From: Paramoeba atlantica
Taxonomy: Eukaryota > Protista > Discosea
DNA length: 64,000 nucleotides
Direction of reading: 5' to 3'
Assembly: GCA_977017575.1 (NCBI GenBank)
Contig: CDRNVI010000040.1
Location: 124,001 to 188,000 of the forward strand
The notes beneath the pieces are model-generated. The model saw only the letters and a list, made by a program, of their open reading frames with translations, did no database searches and had not been told where the DNA came from. Position 1 is the stretch's first letter. Each line of letters opens with the position of its first letter. A program made the position numbers and the translations under genes. This document shows, one piece after another, positions 56,054-64,000 of this stretch.

Positions 56054-56820
56054 AGCGGGGACGTGGTGGAGAGCATATTTGATCGTGGGAATGATGCAGG
56101 AAACAGAGTAGGGGTGTAAAACGATTTGGGTAACCGGCACTATAAATGTAGGTTAAAATCCATTTTTTTCTGATGATTTTTTTCCGCTCAAAAACACTTT
56201 TACGTGACTTTTTAAAACGTTTCCACTCATACTCATGACGTTCCAACTTATATTTCAATGCTTGGAATACTCAATGGACCGCCCAGGATATGCTACATTG
56301 GTCTACTACATTGGTCTACTTGGTATTGGTGACCTGTAAAAAGGATAAGGTGCGCTCCCAGGCGCTCCCAGACACTCCCATCCAGTTTGAACCCTCTTGG
56401 AAGCCACCACGGCTACCCCCTTCGCGTTGAGAACTGCTTCCGCGTTTAATGAAGAGACTAAAAAGGAGAAAATTGCGAAACGATCCAGAATAATCCAACT
56501 TTTGGTACAAATACCCGATTCTCCCCATATTTCGTATTCTCCCCATATTTCGGACGTTTTTTGGGGTCTTACCATTAGAGGTAGGGGGCACATCTGATCG
56601 AAAAAACGCGTGGTCTGGTAAGTAAGCTAAAAAAATAAATAAGGAAAGAGATCAACGAAAGATCAAAAACTTTTTTCTGAGTCCTTTTGGGCATGGTTGT
56701 TCAAACAAATTTTACTTGTTTTCAACCTACGTTTATAGTGCCGGTGAACCAACGATTTCGTACAGTGAGAGAAAAGGAGATTTTTTTGAATGAATTTTGT
56801 CTCTCTTACTGTTTTCAAAC

Positions 56821-57390
56821 ATGACCAATAGCAAACCTATGGATTTTCCCGTTATTGTTATTACGGGAACTCCGGGAACGGGAAAAAGCAGTCTATGCCG
56901 GCGTGTGGAAAAGTTATTGAATGCCAAGCACCTTGACATCAGCGCCATTGCAAAAGAGAATGGATATGTCGATTCTTACGATGAAAAATTAGAGACACAT
57001 GTTTTGGACGAAGGAAAACTCCTTGATCATTTGGAGAGAGAGTTGGCCGCCCGCAACGAGGCCGTCCTCTTGGATTATCATTCCTGTGGCTTATTTCCCG
57101 AGAGATGGGTTATGGGCCACCCTCAGAGTGTGGTCGTGGTGCTCAAGTGTTCCACTGAATCTCTTTTTGATCGTCTCTCCGACAGGGGCTATAGTGAAAA
57201 GAAACGTCAGAAGAACATGGAAGCTGAGATATTTCGCATATGCGAGGACGAGGCGAGGATGAGCTACCCGGAAGGCAAAGTATTTTCGTTCGAGAATAAT
57301 ACGAATGAGGATGCAGAGAGAATTACTCTTTTCTTGCAGGATCGTCTCAAACAACAGCCTGCCGCTGGTAAACGTCGAAAAGGTATTTGA
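56821..57390 (+). CDS. AK6: Adenylate kinase 6 / Fap7
   Basis: ITGTPGTGKS, LLDYH...FPERW, RLSDRGY. Confidence 0.9.
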   Translation: MTNSKPMDFPVIVITGTPGTGKSSLCRRVEKLLNAKHLDISAIAKENGYVDSYDEKLETHVLDEGKLLDHLERELAARNEAVLLDYHSCGLFPERWVMGHPQSVVVVLKCSTESLFDRLSDRGYSEKKRQKNMEAEIFRICEDEARMSYPEGKVFSFENNTNEDAERITLFLQDRLKQQPAAGKRRKGI

Positions 57391-57657
57391 TGGTATTTTT
57401 CTCATAAGAGGCCTGCGTGTTCTATGAATAGGTTTCTCTGTTCGTTGAACGCATTGAGTATTGTTTGGGGGATGTGCATATCCCACCCGACAAGTAGATT
57501 ATTTTGATATGTTTTGTTCTTTCCAAGTGATATCCAAGTAAAGGACCCACCTATGCAGTAAGGGATTACCGACGAAGTATACCTAAATTGCGCAAACAAA
57601 TTGTAGCCTAACGGGGTTCGATAGTGTTGCGTCTTCTATAGCTTGTCAGATCAATAC

Positions 57658-58560
57658 TCAAATGTGTGTAAAATCAACCGGAATATCGGGATCCTCAACT
57701 TGAATTTCGTAATACTCCATGTCCTGATGCGGAAATTTCAATTGCTTCGCTCCTTCATTTTCCCACACCGCGTAGAGCTCCAAACCTTCCTTTCGTACTT
57801 TTGCGTTAGATACTTTCCTTGATTGATAATCTTTGCGCTTCCAATGGGCCGTAGTGCCAAGGGTAGGGCTTTCACTAGGCACTAGGATTAACCTCTCTCG
57901 GATTAGGGTACACATTCGCCGTATGTCGCTTGCTGTCATGGGATCCCGTTCAACAGTCGTAGACATTGCGGGGGGAAGCTGTGCCGGTGACGTGGACCGA
58001 GTACGTGAAGACAAATTGCGAGTCGAGGTGATCTTCCCGTTGAAGAGAAAAGTATGAGAATATCGGAATACTTCAGCACAATCAAAAAGGTACAGAACCC
58101 TACTCCTTTTGAATGTACCTTTTGAGGCGGGACCGCTTTTCGACCGGGCGCTACCCACATTGTTTCGGGTATCATTAGTGTCAAATATTTTTTCGTCGGT
58201 AAAGATAACACGATTGCATGTCTGTTCGTGAGATTCATCCAAGCATTTAGTTCTTTTCTCTGCTGCTGATTTTGAACAAATATTGCGACAACCTTGCTGC
58301 AACCGAACCCGATGATAGTTTACGGTGTAAGATTTGTCCGAACTTGGAAGCGTAAACGATCTCCACCGATCGAAAAATCTGCATCATCCCGCTGGGAAGA
58401 ACAGCCAGAGAGCTGAACTATGCGATGATTCTTTTGCAATGCCATGTATTGTGCCCTGTTCAGTGGACATATCAGGTGCTTATACCGGTTTATCCGACGA
58501 AAGGACCAAAGTACGATAGCTGTGGAGAAAACGTTCTAATCTAAATTCGGTTAACTTTTG
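57658..58560 (-). pseudogene. Tc1/mariner (maT-like) transposase relic
   Basis: RVIFTDEKIF motif; frameshifted. Confidence 0.6.
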
Positions 58561-58686
58561 TTTAATGCTGTTGGAAAAGGGTTTATTTTGCGATACAAAT
58601 ATTAGATTTTGCAATACGGAATCACAGTTTACAATACATAAATTCCATGTGTTCAAAGAAGCTCAAAATTTGTTCTCCTATTCCTC

Positions 58687-58971
58687 ATGATTCCTAGAAT
58701 GTATTTCAGTCGTGGGCTCGAGAAATTCCGACTTAGACTCAAAACGATTCCATCACGTACATGGGAAATGACCCTCATGCCCCCTTTGACGCTGTTTGTA
58801 GGTTATCTTGTCTACACAAGTGAATACTTCCAAACCACATTGTTGGACAGCAACAATGCCTTTCCCGATCCACCAAAAGAGGATATTATGTCCTATCGTT
58901 TTATACCCATACGAGACCCCAAAACAGGACACTTACTCGCGTACAAGCAAATTCATCATCCCACGAGTTAA
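58687..58971 (+). CDS. Small hypothetical single-TM protein
   Basis: Basic N-terminus plus hydrophobic helix; cluster strand. Confidence 0.55.
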   Translation: MIPRMYFSRGLEKFRLRLKTIPSRTWEMTLMPPLTLFVGYLVYTSEYFQTTLLDSNNAFPDPPKEDIMSYRFIPIRDPKTGHLLAYKQIHHPTS

Positions 58972-59129
58972 CACCCGGTTGTGCAGCATTTTTAAATATT
59001 ATACCGCTATTTTTAAACTCTTATTCACAACTAAATAACAAATCATTCAATAATTTCTTAAAAAATAACTTCTAAAATCGATCACTCTAAACCTCTTTTT
59101 TTCTTTCCAATTTATTCCATACCCCCTCT

Positions 59130-59486
59130 ATGCGAGCCTTCCCCCGCCCCCGGCTCCCCTCCGCCCCCCTGCTCTCCTGCTGCCGCCGGTCCTACTTCTA
59201 CACCAACCCCGGGGAGTCGGGGATCTGGAACGCCTCCCTCCACCGCACGCAGCAGCTGCTCGCGGGTTGCATGCTCGGGGCCTGGGTCTTCTTCTTCTAC
59301 AATGCCTCCTACTCCCGCTGGTCCGGGAACTCGCAGTACGCCCCCGACACCTCGGACCTGTACGTGAGCGACGGCACCGAGCTGGAGGGGGAGGAGGGGA
59401 TGGCGCGGATGCGGATACAGTACGAGCGCGTGATGCCGTTCCTGGAGGAGATCCGGGAGAAACTCGAGGCGGGGGAGAGCGTGTGA
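59130..59486 (+). CDS. Small hypothetical, probably mitochondrial, membrane protein
   Basis: Presequence-like N-terminus, one TM segment, strong codon bias. Confidence 0.7.
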   Translation: MRAFPRPRLPSAPLLSCCRRSYFYTNPGESGIWNASLHRTQQLLAGCMLGAWVFFFYNASYSRWSGNSQYAPDTSDLYVSDGTELEGEEGMARMRIQYERVMPFLEEIREKLEAGESV

Positions 59487-59881
59487 GGAGGAGAATGCAC
59501 GCAAAGGGGACGGTAAGTGGTTTGGAGGGGCAGTGTAAAAACAATCTCGATGTACAGGGTTTTTAAATCAAGACGTTTTCGTGTGTTTATGCAATTTTGA
59601 TCCCGTAATGTACATATTCGAATTTGTTGTGAGTGTGTTCCCTAACTTGGGTATGAAGCAGCAGTTCGGAAAATGGAATGATAAATGTTTTAAAAATGGT
59701 GTTGTTTTATTATAAACTTTACTTTAAAAATGTATCATATTCGATGCACCAGAGGGGGGAAAGAACAAGGATTTTATGCTAAAGTGTAAGTGCTTACGGT
59801 ACCCACAGGAAACGTATTGGATAGCGCACGCGTTTCTAAAATAGGCTTGGTTTTTCCGTATATTTTCTTTAACACTTTATC

Positions 59882-60493
59882 ATGTCCCTGTCAGAGATTA
59901 ACAAAAAACTTCTCACAAAGCCCTATGTTGAGGGGTACGTACCTTCCAAGGCAGACGCTGAGTTGTTTCAACAAATGTTTGGCAACAATGCGAAAGTAAT
60001 CACCTGGGCGGCACGTATGGCTTCCTATTTTGCGTCTGAACGAAAGGGAATGCAAACTGTGAGTGACAGTAAACCGAAAGCGGAACCCCAAAGTAAGAAG
60101 AGTGCGCCTGCGGAAGAGGATGATGACGTCGATTTGTTTGGAGACGTCACGGAAGAGGAGCAAGCAGCACTGGAGGCACGCAAGAAGGAGGAAGAGAGCA
60201 AGAAGAAAGCCAAACCTGCTGTTATTGCAAAGTCGAATATTGTCATAGACATCAAGCCTTGGGACGACACAACCGATCTTGAAGCTTTAATGAAAAAACT
60301 CCGTGCGATAGATAAAGATGGCCTTGTGTGGGGCGCACACCGTTTGGACACCATTGCCTTCGGTATTAAGAAGCTGAAGGTGATGATCGTTATAGAAGAT
60401 GACAAAGTTTCATCGGATGATATCGAGGACATGATTATGCAATTCGAAGACGACGTTCAGTCTATGGATATTGCAGCGTGGAATAAGGTATAA
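59882..60493 (+). CDS. EF1B: Elongation factor 1-beta
   Basis: DDDVDLFGD, AKSNIVIDIKPWDD, VQSMDIAAWNKV. Confidence 0.96.
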   Translation: MSLSEINKKLLTKPYVEGYVPSKADAELFQQMFGNNAKVITWAARMASYFASERKGMQTVSDSKPKAEPQSKKSAPAEEDDDVDLFGDVTEEEQAALEARKKEEESKKKAKPAVIAKSNIVIDIKPWDDTTDLEALMKKLRAIDKDGLVWGAHRLDTIAFGIKKLKVMIVIEDDKVSSDDIEDMIMQFEDDVQSMDIAAWNKV

Positions 60494-60963
60494 ATAGCGT
60501 CATTCTGTAAGTTGTACTCGATTGTTTTGCCTTTTATTGATCGGGTTTCTCAATTTATTGACTTATGTTTTGATTTTAGGATTTCATAATTCAGTTAGTT
60601 CTCGTGCCAGTATTATTTATCACGAGCCTGTATTAAAAAGCCGCGTTCTAAAAAAAGCGTCGGAAATGAAAAATAAAAAGATCGAAATATAACTGATTAA
60701 CGAAAAGTTTTCTTTGCTAGTGCTCGAATACACACCATGTGCGTGACAAGGTGTGGAGAGAGCTTTTAAATGTTGTATTGATTCTTTTGGATCTAATGTT
60801 TTTTACTCTGATTTTTTGTATCCACAATAAAAAAGAAATTGGTATTTAGACAGCGAGTTAATAAAATTTATATTGAGCATACAGTATCTCTACTCTGGTA
60901 TAACTATGCCGTAAACCTATCACAGTTCCGCTCGAATCGTGCCTATAAAAGTACCTCAATAAC

Positions 60964-63900
60964 ATGTATCGACCTGTTTGGACGGGGCCTCTGTCTTGTC
61001 TTAGTCGTACTTCCATCCACTACCAAAATACACGAAGTATTTGGTCATCAGGAAAATATTTGCAGCAGTCTTTTACTCAAGGAACGTGGGAAGAGACGAA
61101 AACGTCTTGGGCTTGTCCATTGTGCAACTTTATGAATTATCCGAATCGGCTATTATGTATGAAGTGCCAAACTCGAAGGGGCGTACAGGAACCCAACACA
61201 GCATTTCAAGAAAAACCTACGGCTCCCGAGATCAACCTTAGTGTCTGTAAAACGGTCAAGCGCACTGGAGAATCAAAAGCATTAAAGGAGAATACACCTA
61301 CGAACCAGATATTACAAAAAAATCAAAACGGAACAGAAAATTCTACCTGGACGTGTACATGCGGGTCTCCGAATTCAACCACATCGTACTCATGTAGCAC
61401 ATGTGGTAAGGAACCATGCATACTAGATGACTCGCCTGATCTGGAGATTCCGCTTGAAGAAATTGAAACAGAAAATGCTTTTACTAGTATCTTATCCCCC
61501 AGGACAGTTCAAAAAGACGATGAACTAAATTGTGAAAATAGAGAGACTTTGGACCTCACGAATAAAAATGTGGAAGCACTCGAATGCCCAGATCATGCAC
61601 AACATCATAAAAATGTATTAAAGGCTGGTGCTGCTTTCTCGAACGAAGCAAAAATCAATGGTTGGATTTGTAAATGCGGAGCTCTTCTTTTCGACGAAGT
61701 CTATCAGTGCCCGAACTGCAGTACCAAGAGAGCACATGGGTTGTTGCCCAAGATTAATCAGACGGGAAAATTTGACAACGGAGAATGGATATGCAGTTCT
61801 TGTCGTCACATAAATGTAGCCAAAGCATTAATGTGTTCGAAATGCCCTCGAGACCGAGTACAAGGCGTTCCCATTCGAACTACCTGGTTGAGCGCGAACC
61901 CTTTCAGGAAAGGAAATTCCGAGAGTGGCGCTATTCGATCCTCAGAGAAGCTTGAGAAAAAATCTGATCAGCGTGCTACTAATACTGATGTCAATCTCCC
62001 GCTGCAGTCAACATGGTATTGCTTCTGTGGGAAGGCAAATTCGTCGAGTACAAATACATGCCAGGCTTGTGACACTGCGAAAATGTCTGCGGCATCGCAA
62101 TTAGGTGTCCAGCGTTCATCACACAGCAATCTAAATGAAGAATTACGTGACAATACAAAGGCTACTCTGTCACGAAACAGTACATCAGGGCAACAATTAA
62201 ATGTTGAAAAATGGGAATGCGAACAGTGTAGTTTTACAAATTCGGGATCGGACGAAAGATGCTTTTCATGCTCTTTTCAACGAGCTGTTGAGCCCGCATC
62301 ACCTTCAGGAACCAAGGAAACAACTTTGTCATGGTTCTGCTCCACATGCACCGCGGAAAACGATGAGAATGCTCAGAAATGCAAAGCTTGTGGCGCAATT
62401 TCTTCCACCCAAACAGAACGGCGTTTGGACTGGAAATGCAGTGTATGTAGGTTCGTAAATTTTGCATCCCGACACGAATGCAGGGTCTGTCTGAATCCCA
62501 AGTTGCCTAAGGCAAATTCACAAGATGCATGGCGCTGCCACTGTGGACAAGCCAATTCTCTGACTTCGACATGTACAGCATGTCACGCCAACAAATCATC
62601 CGACTTGCCTATAGCTGCGAAGGAAGTGTCTTGGAAATGTGTTTGTGGGATAACGAATTCCATGTCTGCTCTTTTTTGTCCACAATGTGGAAAGTCAAGT
62701 GCTGTTGGTAGCGTTTCTCGTGAAAATGTAGCCCCAAAAATGGATTGGAGGTGTACATGTCGCGCAATAAATTTTGCTCGACGTGCTTCGTGTTTTCGCT
62801 GCGGGACAGCTCGGAGCGCCGACAGTCCTCTCGTAGAGTACGGCACACAACCGAACAACAAGATGAATTGGTATTGCCAAAACTGTCATACTTTTAACTT
62901 TGCATCGCGAGCGAACTGCATAAAGTGCCGGGCGACATCAAAAGATCAGTGTGCACCTCGAACTGAGGTGAGTGAAATCAGCTGTGACTGCGGATATTCT
63001 TCTCCCACTGCCTTTGAAATATGCCCACAATGTTCCAAGACACGTAAGTCAATGAATACGATGTGCACATCACAGGACACAGATAAGAGAGGTGAGTTGT
63101 CCTACGGTGATGAAGCAGACTGGACTTGCATTTGCGGGTGCGTAAATTTCTCTCGTCAATTGCAATGTCTGAAATGTCAAAACTTGCGTCCTACAGGCAC
63201 AACTCCTACTGCTGCAATAAATCCAGCGAACTCCATGGATGATTGGCATTGTGAGTGCGGCATGCAGAACTTTGCGCAACGTAAAGATTGCTTTGGATGT
63301 ATGAAGCCTCGAACGAGCATAAGTGCTGGCGATCATGTTACAATGAATGTGACAGAACAAGCAAGAACTATGGTCAGGGTGTCAGTAGAACAGAGGCCAG
63401 GGGATTGGCTATGTCCAAGCTGTAGGGGGCTCAATTTTACATCGAGGAAATTTTGTTTTAGGTGTAATACGGCGAAGACAGCGAATGATCAAAGTTCCTT
63501 GAAGGATAAAGGTTCCAGTGCCTTAAACTTTGCAGCGAAACGACTTTGTAAGTGCGGTCGTGTGAATAAAGGGAATCAAGATGAATGTTTTGCGTGCAGA
63601 GCTAAGTTGCCTGAAGTAGAAGATAATTCAATTAATCAGCGGCATAGTCTAAATACGCGTGCTGCGCAAAACACGGGCCGGCCTGGTGATTGGCTTTGTG
63701 TCTGCGGTTACTTGAACTATCGCTCCCGCGCGTCATGCAATAAGTGTGCTTTGCCGCAATCAAGTGCCACAACTCATATATCTTCCGCTTCATCTTCTAT
63801 ATCCGTACATGGAGAGTGGACTTGTAAATGTGGTGCACTTAACTTTAGTCGAAGAAACGACTGCTTCAAATGTAGCGCTCCAATGGCTGAATCAACTTGG

Positions 63901-64000
63901 ACCTGTACATGTGGATCTCATCACGATCCCCGCATGAAACAATGTCTTTCGTGTTCAAAAGACCGTCCGAATCCCTCTAGTCACAGTACGAGTTCAAGCT
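60964..64000 (+). CDS. Multi-RanBP2-type zinc-finger protein, >1010 aa, open at the window end
   Basis: Manual translation found no stop from the ATG at 60964; 20 W-x-C-x(1-2)-C...C-xx-C units. Confidence 0.9.
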   Translation, partial: MYRPVWTGPLSCLSRTSIHYQNTRSIWSSGKYLQQSFTQGTWEETKTSWACPLCNFMNYPNRLLCMKCQTRRGVQEPNTAFQEKPTAPEINLSVCKTVKRTGESKALKENTPTNQILQKNQNGTENSTWTCTCGSPNSTTSYSCSTCGKEPCILDDSPDLEIPLEEIETENAFTSILSPRTVQKDDELNCENRETLDLTNKNVEALECPDHAQHHKNVLKAGAAFSNEAKINGWICKCGALLFDEVYQCPNCSTKRAHGLLPKINQTGKFDNGEWICSSCRHINVAKALMCSKCPRDRVQGVPIRTTWLSANPFRKGNSESGAIRSSEKLEKKSDQRATNTDVNLPLQSTWYCFCGKANSSSTNTCQACDTAKMSAASQLGVQRSSHSNLNEELRDNTKATLSRNSTSGQQLNVEKWECEQCSFTNSGSDERCFSCSFQRAVEPASPSGTKETTLSWFCSTCTAENDENAQKCKACGAISSTQTERRLDWKCSVCRFVNFASRHECRVCLNPKLPKANSQDAWRCHCGQANSLTSTCTACHANKSSDLPIAAKEVSWKCVCGITNSMSALFCPQCGKSSAVGSVSRENVAPKMDWRCTCRAINFARRASCFRCGTARSADSPLVEYGTQPNNKMNWYCQNCHTFNFASRANCIKCRATSKDQCAPRTEVSEISCDCGYSSPTAFEICPQCSKTRKSMNTMCTSQDTDKRGELSYGDEADWTCICGCVNFSRQLQCLKCQNLRPTGTTPTAAINPANSMDDWHCECGMQNFAQRKDCFGCMKPRTSISAGDHVTMNVTEQARTMVRVSVEQRPGDWLCPSCRGLNFTSRKFCFRCNTAKTANDQSSLKDKGSSALNFAAKRLCKCGRVNKGNQDECFACRAKLPEVEDNSINQRHSLNTRAAQNTGRPGDWLCVCGYLNYRSRASCNKCALPQSSATTHISSASSSISVHGEWTCKCGALNFSRRNDCFKCSAPMAESTWTCTCGSHHDPRMKQCLSCSKDRPNPSSHSTSSS

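Noticed and set aside
1-64000. tRNA, rRNA or an intact SL RNA gene
   Set aside because: None recognised by eye; the SL-like sequences lack the GT donor. tRNAscan or Rfam would be needed to exclude them.

Overview
This is eukaryotic DNA, most likely from a kinetoplastid (Euglenozoa). The evidence is about 22 intronless host genes that all lie on the + strand from 23 to 64 kb (polycistronic-type cluster), kinetoplastid-like RPS26, EF1B, CRK1 and Rieske proteins, and relics of a spliced-leader (SL)-like sequence. The first 23 kb is mostly mobile-element debris: two different tyrosine-recombinase (VIPER/TATE-like) retroelements, CRE/SLACS-like and RTE-like LINE fragments, Tc1/mariner and pogo relics, MITEs, a foldback element and minisatellites. 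Highlights: (1) arrays of a ~41-nt bulged hairpin with covarying stems and unique spacers (8 copies at 3 loci) plus a covarying leader; (2) a chain of retroelement fragments joined at SL 3' ends and at one recurring breakpoint, suggesting reverse-transcriptase template jumping; (3) a C-rich 5' to G-rich 3' switch inside several genes; (4) a divergent PCNA with a SUMO-consensus array; (5) a >1000-aa ORF with 20 RanBP2-type fingers that the ORF track misses. All calls were made by eye, with no searches or folding run.
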